Origin: Octopus sinensis
Lineage: Eukaryota
Assembly: GCF_006345805.1 (NCBI RefSeq)
Contig: NC_043010.1
Coordinates: 33,914,001 to 33,978,000, forward strand
Reading direction: 5' to 3'
Length of the DNA stretch: 64,000 bases
Shown here in pieces: positions 1-13,248 of the stretch. The notes under the pieces were generated by a model. That model ran no database searches, was not told the origin of the DNA, and saw only the letters and a list, made by a program, of their open reading frames with translations. Position numbers and translations under genes: made by a program. Each line of letters begins with the position of its first letter. The stretch's first letter is position 1.

Positions 1-1389
1 AATTGGATAATCACGTACTTATACGTGAGACATGTCACCGTCACCTTGTTACGACTTATATGGCATGACATCTTGTCTGATTCTCAAAATATTCAAGAAG
101 GATCAGAACCTTTACTTGATATTAAAAAAAAACCCCCAAAACAAAACGAAAGGAGGGAATATTTTCGATAATTTAGACCCAGATAAATAAGATTGGGAAC
201 CTCACGGTCTTAGTGTACTGTTGGTTATAGGTCTGCTAAATTGTAACTTGAACATGTCTTAACAATCTGCTTAAATACTTATCACGAGCTAAGGAAGGAT
301 TATTTACGTGGTCGTCTGTTCTATAAAAAAAATGAAAGAAGCAGTCAAATATCCCTTCTGAAACCTAAACCCTGCTATACTTAAAAAGGGAAAGTAAAAA
401 TAGTATGCTATAGTATATATATAGTATCTTATATGCCGATATATATATATATTTAATTCTTTAATCAGAAATAAGAAGCCATAAGAAATATTAGCTTACT
501 TTTCCATTCGAATATATATGGTTATTTTACTGTCGAAGCGATAACACTTTCTTTCTCATTCCCAAACGAAGTGCATCTCATGGTAAATTAAACTTATCGC
601 GTTCATTCCTGTATGTGAAATACTTAAATATTTCACGCTTTTCGGTCACAACGCCTAACTAATATTTGAATAGTTATAAAAGAAAAAATTTGGAGGACAT
701 AATAGACGTTAACGCTTCACAGTGTGAATCCAAGACTAGGTCATCATCGAACCGACAATGTTGAAACGGACAATAAAATATTCAGATAGACTTGAAGTCT
801 TAGTTCTAACATGAGACCTTTTCTGTATTCGAATGATTGAAAAAATATAATTTTATTGCAACTAAATTAATAATTAGAAAGATCCGAAAGTATGTGCTAA
901 GATTTGAATGTAAATGGTATAAGGGATCTTAGTTAACTAGAAATTGGGTTGAATTCTGTCTGTCTAAAGGAAAAGATCCGGTATAAGATCTCAAGAAGCA
1001 CCAATATGAGCTGGCATTCGAGAAGCTGCAGTTCAAGTCCATATTACATTTTTCTCTTTCGAATTGATATAATGTCTAATATTTTTATTAATAATAACTG
1101 AAAATCTAATTTATCACAAATGTTAACTTTAAAAAATATTATCAATTATCTTTTACTGGTACTATTCGTATATACCTTAAATTTTTTTTAGTCACTCACA
1201 AATTTTAATAATATATATTATCATTTATTAAAACACTTTGTTTCGTTTAATTCTATAATTTTGATGTCAAAGCTGGATATCGAGAAGACTATAAGAATGG
1301 ACTTTTATGTGCAAGAGCTACAATGAAACCAAAAGGTGTACGTAATTCAAATTGGGTGGAAGAAAAGAGGGAGTGGAAGTGAAAGTATG

Positions 1390-1452
1390 AATATGGCGGC
1401 TACCAGCTCTGTACAACCGCCATATTAACAATTACCGGTTGTCACGTGACAA
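1390..1452. promoter_or_regulatory. BRD8 promoter motifs: inverted pair of YY1-type sites plus E-box/CLEAR palindrome
   Basis: AATATGGCGG (1390-1399) and its exact reverse complement CCGCCATATT (1417-1426); perfect 14-bp palindrome TTGTCACGTGACAA (1439-1452); about 230-290 bp upstream of the ATG in CpG-retaining sequence. Confidence 0.55.
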
Positions 1453-1680
1453 ACACACTCCACTCGACTATACTGGGGAAACAATCAGATCCCTTACACG
1501 ATTAAAGCCTAAGAACGGTCGCGATCAAAACGGAAATAGAAACGCATCGCTCCTTCCTAAGTCGTTTAAAACAAAACACATACTTGCACAAACAAAACCG
1601 AATTTGTTTGTCTTACATGCTTAATTAAAGTGATCGTGCGACTAGAACATTTCCATTCGGCTCGCAGACCCGAGTGTAAC

Positions 1681-1696
1681 ATGGCTACCGCTCCTA
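1681..1696 (+). CDS. BRD8: BRD8 coding exon 1 (MATAP+A)
   Basis: aacATGGCTACCGCTCCTA|gtgagt; joins exon 2 to give MATAPKHKVKTG, like human MATGTGKHKLL. Confidence 0.85.
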
Positions 1697-4600
1697 GTGA
1701 GTAAACTCGCTCTATCTATCTTTGTATTTCTATATTCATATATATTTAGTTTGCATTTTCTCTAGTAGTGGTTTGTCAAAATTTAGATATCCGATTGAAA
1801 TTTAAGTCTTCCGCCCTTTATTACTGTGTCTATTGTACATAATCATCCTTTTATTGTAGTATATGTATGAGCGCTCATGTTTTTGTTTACCATTGAACGA
1901 CCAAAATCCGCATGCATGCACGCACGCTCACTTACACACACATACACACACAGCTGAGTTTCGGAATAGCTATCACTACTTCGTGGAGAATGAAAAGGGT
2001 GAGGAATTAGAAGGAAGGGGAGGCAGAAGTATTTAAAAAAATTGAAATCTCTCGTTGAAAAAAATTCGACAATCACTTTCTTCGAAATGGTTATTCCCGT
2101 TGCATAAAGCAAATAAGACATAAGGGCGATCTTTCGATATAAGATAAAAAGAAAAACAAACAACTCCTCCCAATTCCTTGCACTTTTCTGCATCTATGAA
2201 GTAAACACCACACATTCACATACGTCCAATTGAAGAAAACTGCATTGCGCCGTTTACACACAGAAATGCGGGGATATTTGGATTGATAACTCGTATATTG
2301 TATTTATATAGACATTCAAATTTGATATTCCTTTATATATATTTATACATATTAAGAGAGTAGTTACTGGATTCAGTATTTCTGGCATTTATCTTTATAT
2401 CAACTTCCCTCAGTGAAATGAAAAGCAAAAATCGAATCCGAACGCAATTTTAACTCAAAACAATAAGGGACAAAACTCTTTCTTTCGGCGCAATGCAGTT
2501 TCCCTCTTCAATTTCAACACTCGAAACCAGAAGACTTTCGAATGAAAAACCTATGTTCATATTAAAGAAAAATATGTATATCTTTAAAAAATGAGTCATA
2601 CATTGTTTTAGTTAATGATAAAGTTTTCTTAGATACAACATAACAAAATATAAATTATGGAATTTAGCTTTCGGCAACTGCGATTTGAAATCTCTACAAG
2701 CTGATGACGATGCCTCTATGCTGTTGTGTAATTACGTCAATCCCCGATTGAGTAATCTAGAGTCTTCGAACCATAGCCATCTGGTCTTTTTTTTTTACAA
2801 ACACTACCATAATCGAATGTCTGTCTTTTTTTCTCTGATGATAGAATATTATCTTAGTGACGGTTGGCTGCTATTCCTAGCAGATCGAGGAACCATATAG
2901 GTTGTTTCTTAAATGAAACCCTTAAAAGAGGAGATATATTGTATTGTGTGGTTCTAAGTGACTACTGAAAACTAAAATTTCATTTTTTCTGTTCGGTGGG
3001 GTCACAGCCAAATTGTTCCGGATTCGATCCCACTGCACGACATCTTATGAAGGACTTACACATTGCGAGTGTAGTTAATTAAGCGATAACTGTTGTTGTT
3101 TGGCTCCTAAATCAATTTGATTGATTTGACTTATGGTCAAAGGCGTTCCAGCCTTTGATTATTGGATCCTTTTAGGGTATGTAGGATTACATTGGCCAAT
3201 GTATTATTCCTTTTTTGACACAGTAGAGTGTGATTTGAGTGGATTTGGCTGATATTTCTAGCAGATCGAGGAATCTTATTGTTCTAGCTAGAGGTTGCTA
3301 TAAACAGTAGAGTCGACACAATCGCATATAGTCCCCACTTACAAATTTGTGGTCTTGTGCTTTATTTATTTTAGAAATAACAGAATTGGTAGAGCTGGAG
3401 TAACATACAAGGAAACTTCTATGAGTGACTCTATCTGTTAGAAATAACAGCCAAGTCTCTTGCAAATTATACACCACTCCTGAAAATGGAAGGATTCAAT
3501 AGATTGATATATTATAGTTGTTGATACACAATGCCATAAGTCTGATCTGTCAGAACTGAACTGTAACTCCCTGCCCTTTGAGGAATGAAGCACTGTATTG
3601 AGTGTTGTGGGATTTGAACTCAGAAGACATGACTGGTGTAAACTAAATGCAGCAAGGTGTTTAATCTAGTCTTTCTACTGTTTCTACCATTCCAATGATA
3701 ACACTTGAACCTGCAGAAAGTGAAGGCTGACCTCAGGAGGCTGAACCATATGTAATTGATAAGGGCCCATCGCTAATGCTCATACTTTGTACTGAAGGAA
3801 ATCTGTCTGATGTATGGAAGCATGGGAAAACATGTATAATGATGATGGTGATAATATTTATCTCTTGAGGCATCTGACTACAAATTTTTTTCACGAGAAG
3901 GAAGAAGAGGTTATATGGCATCTTTACTTTTCTCAAAAGTAATGTAACTGCTTTAATTAGGAATCATAATTAACTTTGCACATTTATCTTCCCAGAAATT
4001 TATTATCTGCTGCTATTATTATTATTATTGAGTGAAAGTGACACTGGGGTAAAATATTATTATTATTAAGACGGCAAGCTGCCAGACTTGTTACATGCTG
4101 TACAAAATGCCCAACAACATTTCTTCCTTCTTTATATTCTGAGTTCAAATGTTGCCAAGGTCCTTTCTTCCTTTTGGTCAGTGAAATAAGTACCAGCTGA
4201 GCATGGGTTGATGTAATTGACTTATGCCATCCCTTGAAATTGCTGGCCCTGTGCCAAAATTTGAAAAGAAGACAGCAAATTGACAAAATTTTTAGGACAG
4301 TGGACAAAATGCTTAGTGGCATTTTATCCATCTTTACATTCTGAGTTCAAATTCTGTCAAGGTTGACTTTGCCTTTCATCCTTTTAGGATTGATAAAATA
4401 AGTACTAGTTGAGTACTGGGGTCTATGTAATCGACCCCCTCCTCCCAAGTGTCAGTCATTTTGCCTTTAGTTGAAAGGATTATTATTATTAATAATAACA
4501 ATGATAAAACAACAAAACTGTTTCTAGGCACAAGGTCAGTGATTTTGCGCAGAGAAGCTAGTTGATTGTATCAACAGTAGTACTTGACTGGTTCTTCATT

Positions 4601-4964
4601 TTATCACTCCTGGATGGATGAAAGGCAAAGTTGACCATGGCAGGATTTGAAATCAGAATGTAAAGAGCTGGGATATATAACATAAAGCATTGTGTCTGAC
4701 ACCTTAATGATTCTGCTAATCTGCCACCCTGGGTAAAAAGCCAGAAATTTGGAGGAGGAGAATAGTTGATTATATTGATCCAAGTAATTAACTGGTACTT
4801 TATTTTGTCAAAACTGACATCAGCAGGATTTGAACTTATGATGTAAATAAATGTAACTAAATACACTGCAGCATATTGTATAATGTGTTACTGGTTCTTT
4901 TATCTGCTTTGACAATAATGTATGTAAATGATTTTATTTTTTGAAAATCTGGCTTTATTTCCAG

Positions 4965-5058
4965 AACACAAAGTGAAAACTGGTCAGTTAGACAAATGGT
5001 CAATCAAAGAACAACTTTCGCTGGCCTGTTCTGTTATGAAGAATGGTGACCAGAACTG
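4965..5058 (+). CDS. BRD8: BRD8 exon 2
   Basis: ttccag|AACAC...AACTG|gtaaaa; HKVKTGQLDKWSIKEQLSLACSVMKNGDQNW matches the BRD8 N-terminus (WSIREKLCLASSVMRSGDQNW). Confidence 0.95.
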
Positions 5059-5951
5059 GTAAAATTTTCTTCTTTTTTTATTTTTCTCCTGTGTGATCTC
5101 TCATTTGTCTGTGGCTGTCTGCGTTACGTCATTTTGGTGTGTCTGTCAACATTTCTCTGTGTATGCTTTTACTAGCATCTCATATTGTGTTCTACATTCA
5201 CCACTAAAAACTATCACACTTCTTATACATCTCATAGTCCTTGTTCACTGTCATATACCATTCATACTTTTTACACACTACAAACAGACCTCTACAGTCA
5301 TTTATGTTTCACTACCATACACTATCACATGTCTTACATATGTCACTAATAGTCCTGTGTATTCATTGCTCACATATCACTATTATTACCATACACACCT
5401 TGTAAGTGGGGTGGGGTTAAGACCCCCTTTAGTCATGAATGCCCATGGGATTGCAACTAGAAAGTTTCTTTCCAAGGCACAAGTCCACACAAGATTTTTG
5501 TGGAAGACCAACAGTCATTCATGCATACCAGTGTCTCCTCTCCATGCTACTGATGTTGTTCAAGGGAAAAGCAATAACCAATACAGCTTGGCACCAGTGA
5601 CGTTGCAACTCATTTCTATAGCTGAGTGAACTGGAGCAACTTGAAATAAAGTGCCTTGTTTAAGAACACAACACATATAGCCCATCTGGGAATTGAACTC
5701 ATAACCTCATGATTGTAAACTCTGAGCCATTCACCCATGTTACACTTAATATACTGCTCTACACTCACTGCTCATATATCACACACCATCACAAATCTTA
5801 TATAACCACATATAATCCTCTAAATTCATTGGCCTTTCTTTGCTCTTCATATAAAGAGAAAAACTCATATACCATTTAATGTCAATACTGGCAACTGTAC
5901 TCCAAATCTCTTTAATGGATTACAAAAAAAAAATTATTATTTTCTATTTAG

Positions 5952-6024
5952 GGTGTCTGTCAGTCGTGCAATTAAACCATTTGCTGAAGGAGGATCTCGA
6001 CCTGCAGATTGGTTCTCTCAAAAG
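5952..6024 (+). CDS. BRD8: BRD8 exon 3
   Basis: tttag|G...AAG|gtaaac; VSVSRAIKPFAEGGSRPADWFSQK, near-identical to human VSVSRAIKPFAEPGRPPDWFSQK. Confidence 0.97.
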
Positions 6025-6790
6025 GTAAACTTGAACTTTGCACAATTTTTCGTTTTTTATGCATATATATGTACACGCATACACACACACACATGCCAGC
6101 ATAGAAAACTGACATTAGATGATGATGACTCCCTTCCTTCCATGTTATTGTATGAATGGGAGAAATTTTATGAACCTGTATGGTAAGAGGTTTGCTTCCC
6201 AACAACATGCTTCCAGGTTCAGTCCCACTGTGTGGTACCTTGGGTGAGTATCATCTACTGTAGCCACTGGGTTGACCAAAGCTTTGTGAGTGAATTTGGT
6301 AGACAGAAATTGAAAGAAACCTGTTGTATATATTTGTGTGTCTTTGTGTTTGCGTCTCTCTTTCTCTCTTCCCATCACCACCACCACCACTTGACAACTG
6401 CTGCTGGTTTATTTACATCTTCATAACTTAGCAGTTCAGTGAAAGAAAATGATAGACTAAGAACCAGACTTCAAAAAAAATAAGCACCGAAGTTCATTCA
6501 TTTGACTAAAACCCTTCAAAGTGGTGCCCCAGTATGGCCGCAGTCCAATTACTGAAACAAGTAAAAGATAAAAGATTAGAATAGTGTTAGAAATTATATT
6601 TACACTTACATGTCTATCTGCAAATCATTCAACTGTAAAGTTGAAGTGGAATCTGTTAGATAGGCTGAGGTAAATAGGGCTATGTACATTCCCTCCATTG
6701 TTCCACAAAATCAGTGTCGGATTATTTGAACTTGCACCATTTCATATACACTGGGGATGAATTTAGTTGAAATATACTGTTCCCCTATAA

Positions 6791-7814
6791 TAGTAGTTCT
6801 CAACTATTTTTTGCTTATGGATCCCTTTGATTCCTATTTTACTTGAGGGGGCCTACATAACCATTCCATGTTTAAAAAATCCTATTTATATTTTTATAAT
6901 TAAACTAGCAGTATCGCCCGGCGTTGCTTGGGTTAGTAAGGGAAATAACTATAAAGCATTTTTTAGAGAGTTATAGCCAAAAAATGGAAAAAAATGATGG
7001 TAAATTTTTTTTTTAGTTAAAAAGGTCAAGTTGCGTCCCCTAGACAGTCTGTGGTTTGTGTTTCTGATTCTCGACCCCATGTCGAATTTATCGATTTTTT
7101 TCAGAACTGGGGGAACTTTTCAAAATTTTCGCTGCGTTAGTTTTGAATTATGACATTGGGCTATGTGTGTGTCAAGTTTCATCAGAATCGGTTGAAAGCC
7201 GTGGTCAGGGTGAGGGTACAACCTGACAGACACACAGAAACACACACAGACAAACTGCCGTTTATATATAGAGAGATATTAGGAATTGCTTACTCTTTCA
7301 CTTGTTTCAGTCATTTGACTGTGGCCATGCTGGAGCACTGCCTTTAGTTGAGCGTATCGATCCCAGGACTTATTCTTTGTAAGCCTAGTACTTATTCTAT
7401 CGGTCTCTTTTGCCAAACCGCTAAGTTACGGGGACGTAAACACACCAGCATCAGTTGTCAAGCGATGTTGGGGGGACAAACACAGACATACAAACATATA
7501 CACACACATACATATTTATATATATATATATATATATACGATGGGCTTCTTTCAGTTTCCGTCTACCAAATCCACTCAAGGCTTTGGTTGGCCCGAGGCT
7601 ATAGTAGAATACACTTGCCCAAGGTGCCACGCAGTGGGGTTGAACCCGGAACCATGTGGTTGGTAAGCAAGCTACTTACCACACAGCCACTCCTAATATT
7701 GTTAAAATATTTTCTGTATTGTAGAAGTGTAGCCAATTTATTGCACATAAACTTTAACAACAGAATCTTATATGGACCTGCAAGTGCCTTAAGGGCCCCA
7801 GTTGAGAACCACTG
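6791..7814. mobile_element. hAT-type MITE hosting nested Helitron and SINE
   Basis: TIRs TAGTAGTTCTCAAC / GTTGAGAACCACTG; 8-bp TSD CCCTATAA / CCATATAA. Confidence 0.65.
6905..7276 (-). mobile_element. non-autonomous Helitron (372 bp)
   Basis: on - strand A|TC start, subterminal CCCAAGCAACGCCGGG hairpin, CTAG|T end. Confidence 0.8.
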
Positions 7815-8621
7815 CCATATAAGATTGACATTATATTCAAAATCACATTTTTGTAAATCACATAGGTATAACTAAATAATTGGGTTGTCTGACTAAATAA
7901 TTAACCATTTATTTAATCTCATCCTGCAATATTCTGAGTTGAAATCCTACAGTTGCATTTGCCTTTCATTTCTCTAGAGTGAATTACATAAGTACCAGTC
8001 GCATATTGTGGTTGATTTTGGCTGCACTGTAGTTTCATACAGTTCTGGTTGTGTAATAATGTAAGAAATCATTATCATGTTAGCATCTAATTTTGTCTCC
8101 TATCCTTCAGGATTACTGGCTTAATTTAATCATTAGTCAAACCTGTATCATGACTTTTTTTTTTACTTTTGTACATTTTTTTTAGTTTATTTTCCTTACA
8201 TTTTTTTAAAAACACAAATTAACCTCCCAGCTGACATTAGCTATATAACTGTAATTTAATTTTGTTTGAACCATCATCATACATTTATGTTCCACACTGG
8301 CATGGGTTGGACTCCTGTTAACAATAATTAACAATATTATTACAGAGTTTATAATGAAAAGAAACTGGTTTGTTTTACCAAAGACAGTATACACATACTT
8401 TTTTCGTATACAAAAAAAAAATTATAATAATTAATGTCTAATGGGTCTCACTTAATACCACATCCAGATGACATTGGTTGGGGTGAACAGTACAAAATAG
8501 GATATCCAAATGAACCCCTATTTTGTAAAGTGTACAGTTGCAAAGTAAAAAAAAAGTCATTATATTCAATATCAAGAAAACACTATGATTCTGGTAAGAA
8601 TAAATGTTGTCTTTATTCCAG

Positions 8622-8671
8622 AATTGTGCCTTACAGTATGCAGATTTATTGGAAAAAGTGGAAATCCCAAA
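8622..8671 (+). CDS. BRD8: BRD8 exon 4
   Basis: ttccag|AAT...CCAAA|gtatgt; NCALQYADLLEKVEIPK. Confidence 0.95.
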
Positions 8672-9265
8672 GTATGTAAAAACTTCTGTAGTTATCCTTA
8701 ACAAATGTTAGTTAAAATCATTACCACCTTCACTGTGTTTGTGTATATTCACAAAAGATATGGCCCTTGGCAAAAGAAATCTAACCCTTGTATTTTCTTT
8801 CTCAAGTTGCATGTGCACTTCCTCATTACTCTTAACATTGTTAATGCAGTGAGCCAATGATTTGCCTGCAGGAAGTCTGTGACCTAAAATGCTATTGTAT
8901 GCAAGATGTGATATATATTAAATATAAGTGTTATTAACAACATGGCTTTGGGTTCAGTCCTATTGTATGACACCTTGAACAAGTGTCTTTTATAGCGCCA
9001 GGCTGACCAAAGTCTTGTGGGTGGATTTGGTATATGGAAACTAAAAGATGACCATCGTGTGTGTGTTGATATTACATGATAGATGTAAATGAGATGTCAC
9101 TGTGATACAAGTGGTGCCCTTCATTTCCAGTCTTCTGTCCATGGGGAAATATAACCTTACTCGGAAACAGGTGACAGTTAATGACAGGAAGGGGATCCAT
9201 CCATGGAAAAATCTGCCTCAAGGAATTCTTTCTGACCCATGCAAACATGGAAAAATGGTCATTAA

Positions 9266-9422
9266 CCCTTTGGTGTTTAATCTGACCCTTCACACTATCC
9301 CGACAATATTACTCTAAAAATAAACTATCACATCATCAAAATCTTGAAGCTATGAGATAATACATGATTAATTCAAAACAATGCGAACAAATGAGCATTA
9401 CAATAATTTGAATGCTAAAGGG
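9266..9422. mobile_element. piggyBac-type MITE
   Basis: TTAA|CCCTTT...AAAGGG|TTAA; related fragments at about 14895-15110, 24430, 43917-44140, 46415-46614. Confidence 0.7.
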
Positions 9423-9766
9423 TTAAAGCAATGATGATGATTGATGTTTGCTGCTAGAGGGTCAGTGTGAAGAGTGGAGATGGCAAGTGATTCATCAGAA
9501 TTTTTAGGTTCAGAGAAGAGGTCATTGTTGTAACAACAGAAGTGGGGAGAAAAGGCAGTTTCTGTAAACTAGTAATTGTAACTTAATGGTGGGAGTCAGG
9601 GTGGTGTTTAGTCTTTTGGCAGTCTGTCAAATGACTTTGTTTTGAATCTTGTCAAGGATGTTTATATGTGATCCCTGATATTTGAGCTGTATTCCACTGT
9701 ATAAACTTAATAGAATAAATTATATTGCTTTGTTTTGTTTGTCTTTTTTTGACATTTTCCCTCTAG

Positions 9767-9886
9767 AAGAAAACGTAGTGATAAAGAAGCTAATGAAACT
9801 CCTGGTGAATTAATTGTACGCAAACTCACCATGGATCGGCTTGAAGAATTGAAAAAAATTATCGTTGAAGAAGAAAACAGATACAG
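9767..9886 (+). CDS. BRD8: BRD8 exon 5
   Basis: ctctag|A...TACAG|gtttgt; RKRSDKEANETPGELIVRKLTMDRLEELKKIIVEEENRYR. Confidence 0.95.
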
Positions 9887-11572
9887 GTTTGTATAATATG
9901 GAAGTTTGTACTTTGTTTTTAACTCATGATCTGCTTATAACTGTTGGCTAATTTACTTATTTAAATTATTGCTTGAATTGCTGAAACTTCAAATTTAATC
10001 AGAATTTTGGGTAAAATTTTCGTAAATGACTACTAATTTAAGACAGAAAATGACAAAAAAGCTCCTTGTATTCCTTTGACTAATCCATAAAAATATCTTG
10101 TAGCCAGTCCCATTATTTCTTATTCCTTATAGTTATATGTGCCAATTAAAATGTAACTGTGTCAGTAATATTATTGCAAGCAAAGAGTGGTGATGGTGGA
10201 ATGTTTGCAGACATTCGATATTTTTCACTAAGTATTATCAGATACTATTTGTGTAAGAAACTTTTTTGTGGTACAAAAAAAGAGCATTCAGATGATGATA
10301 ATGGTGATATCTCCAAGAGAATTAAGGGCTTTTGAATGTGGATCAGTGCTAGCTCCAGTTTTATTGTACTTTACAAAGATGATACTGTGATCATATCTTC
10401 TTTTTGCTCTAGATATGACACCTGTCTATCACAGGCAGACTTTCCTAGCAGACCTGTTTTTATCCATTTGCAATAAACAATAAGCTGAACTGGAGCAATA
10501 TAGAATAAAGTGTTCTATATTGTGACTGTCCAATACTCCATCCACTTTACCATCTCCCATTTCTCTATCTCCCTATTGAAACTGTTAAGAACAATAGGTA
10601 TTATATGTGAGTGGAGATATTAGGCAGGTGGCTACAGTGAGCCTTATTTTTTGAAGGTTGGATACAGACGAAAATTATATGTAATATAGATAGAACCTTT
10701 ATGTAATAAGTCATAGATGTTTTCTATATGTAATATGTGAAACTGTATAAGTGACTTATATGGAACCCATATTTAATAAAGACATAGTTGAGACGTAGGT
10801 TCAGTCCTACTGTGTGGCATTTTGGACAAGTGCCTTCTATTATAGCTCCAGGCCCAAGCCAACCAAAGCCTTGTTAATAGATTTAGTAGGCAGAAGGTGA
10901 AATAATCTTGTCATGTACATTATATATATGTAAATATATGTGTGGGTAAGTTGGTGTATCCTTGTCTGGACATTGCACAAGGTTGTTAACGAGCATGTTC
11001 ATTTCTAGTTTTCCATGAGAAACATGTCTGGCCTTTGGGAAATATTACCCTACTTGGAAACAGATGAGGGTTGGCAACAGGAATTAGAAGAGCATTTGGT
11101 CATAGAAAATCTGCCTCAACAAATGCTGTCTGACCCATGCAATCATGGAAAAGTGGGCATTAAAACAATGATAATATAGTTGGGACTCATATTTAATAAG
11201 TTGGACATGGAGCCCATAAGTAATCTGTTCTAAAGATGAATCATCACCATCATAGTTTTATGTCTGCTTTCCATGCTAGTATGGGTTAGATGGTGGGGAA
11301 ACCACATCTTACTCGTGTATTTCATTTTTAGATTGGTTTCCGTGGTTGGGTGCCCTTCTTAACACCAGGCATTTTACAGTGTGATAGGTGCTTTTTTCAT
11401 GGAACCAGTTATGTATTAAATTATACAGATGGAACTGGGATGCAATGAGTTATATAGATGGAATCTTAAGATACTAATTGTTATTTTGTAGTTGTTTTTA
11501 AAAATATCAAACTATTGCATCACGTGTGTGCTATGGAATACTCATTATTGACTCCTTCTATTTATATACCAG

Positions 11573-11653
11573 AAAGTTAAAACGAGAAATTGAATGCATA
11601 AAAAATGGCCAGTTTGATGACTGTATCCAAGAAGTATGGGAAGCCATGGTCCA
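11573..11653 (+). CDS. BRD8: BRD8 exon 6
   Basis: accag|A...GTCCA|gtaagt; KLKREIECIKNGQFDDCIQEVWEAMVQ. Confidence 0.93.
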
Positions 11654-13135
11654 GTAAGTGATATTGTTGATTGACTTCTGTTAATTAGTGTATGTGTTTA
11701 TGTGTGTGTCATCATTGTTGTTTAACATCTGCTTTTGGTACTAGAATGAGTTGGATGGTTTGACTGAAGATTGGCAAGCCAGGAGGCTACTCCAAGCTCC
11801 AATCTGATTTGGCAAGATTTCTACAGCTGGATGTCCTTCCTAATGCCAACCACTCTGATAGTGTAGCGGATGCTTTTTATATGCCACTGGCATGGGAGCC
11901 AGTCAGGCAGCACTGGCATTGCCCACACTTGAATGGTGTTTTTTTATGTGCCACTGGCACAGGTACCTGTCAGGCAGCACTGACATCAGCCACACTCGAA
12001 TGGTGCTTTTTACATGCCACCGGCATTTTGTGTGTAAATTTATGTGTGAATGTCTGGCTTTAGTGTGCGTATTTGTGTTTGAGTTTGTGTTTTTATATAT
12101 ATTTGTGTGTATATTTGTATGTGAATGAGTGCATGTATTTTTGCATCTATATATATGTGTTTTATGTCTGATTCTGTGGGTATATTTTGTGTGTTAACCA
12201 TGCATTGATGGATATTTCTGGTCATGTAAAATGGTCAAGTAATTTCATAGACTCAAAGACTGGTCATGTTTTTTTTAACAAATTATTCAGAAGAGGATGA
12301 GAAGTAGAGCTCATGACATTTGCATGCCTTCTCAGACTGGTGAGATTGATGCTGCTGTTGGCCATCTTAAGCAGCATCTGTAGTATTAGTGTAGGCAAGG
12401 AGAGAACCAGGGATTTCATTTCAGTGCTTGTCACAGAGCGAACTCTGCTAAAGGCACTCAAGAAAAAGCAGAGCATTTATTTGTTGTTATTTAGCCCCAG
12501 GTCAACTCTGATAAAGCAGACCAGTGTCCATATGTATTCTAGTCATGATCAGCCTGTCTCTTTTGGGAGAATCTATGGTTAAAATATCTAACGTATCCTT
12601 TCCTTATTTAAGGTGGTAGGGTATAGTTTGATGGTGTGTGGCTTGGTGATGAGGGTATTCTGCTCCCAGTTGTGAGGTTGTGTGGCCGATTCCCAGAAAT
12701 ACGTTGTGACCTTGAGCAAGAAACTTTATTTCACATTGCTCCAGTTCACTCAGCTGGCAAAAGTGAGTTGTAGCTGTAATTCAAAAGAGCCAGCCAGCTT
12801 TGTCACATTCTGTCACACTGAATCTCCCTGAGAACTATGTTAAGGGTACACGTGTCTGTGGAGTGCCCAGTCACTTGCACATTAATCTCATGAACAGGCT
12901 CTTCCATTGATCAAATCAATGGAACTACTTGTAACTGATAGGGAGCCAGGTCAGGATAAAGTTTGAGGGAGATTTAAAAAAATTTTTTTTTTTACTGCTA
13001 TTTCTAGCTGTTAGGTGACCATCTTAATCCTACACTCAAACTGCTTTTTCATCTTCTGCATTGTTTTCTATAATAAATGTTATTACTTTGCAAACTAATA
13101 CTATGTCTTTCATGAAACTCATTCATTGTTTATAG

Positions 13136-13248
13136 GGAGAAGAAGGTAAAAGATGCCGCTGTCCAAGCTGCTGCTGCTGCTGCTGCTTCTCGGAAGACTG
13201 CAAGAACAGAAGGTTCTTTAGATCCTCACCGAACTTTAGCCTCAATAG
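13136..13248 (+). CDS. BRD8: BRD8 exon 7 (contains Ala7)
   Basis: tatag|G...ATAG|gtaaga; EKKVKDAAVQAAAAAAASRKTARTEGSLDPHRTLASI; phases fit both neighbours. Confidence 0.85.

Noticed and set aside
960-1382. Short open stretches upstream of BRD8 (DLKKHQYELAFEKLQF; FDVKAGYREDYKNG...EWK*)
   Set aside because: No recognisable family and no consistent splice chain could be built
5093-7875. 178-aa and 175-aa ORFs in BRD8 introns 2-3, and most other short ORFs in the track
   Set aside because: Low-complexity or SINE-derived sequence, alternative starts, no protein similarity recognised
12240-12500. Coding-looking segment in BRD8 intron 6
   Set aside because: Stops in the plausible frames, no fitting splice phase, family unrecognised; exons 6 and 7 already join in frame
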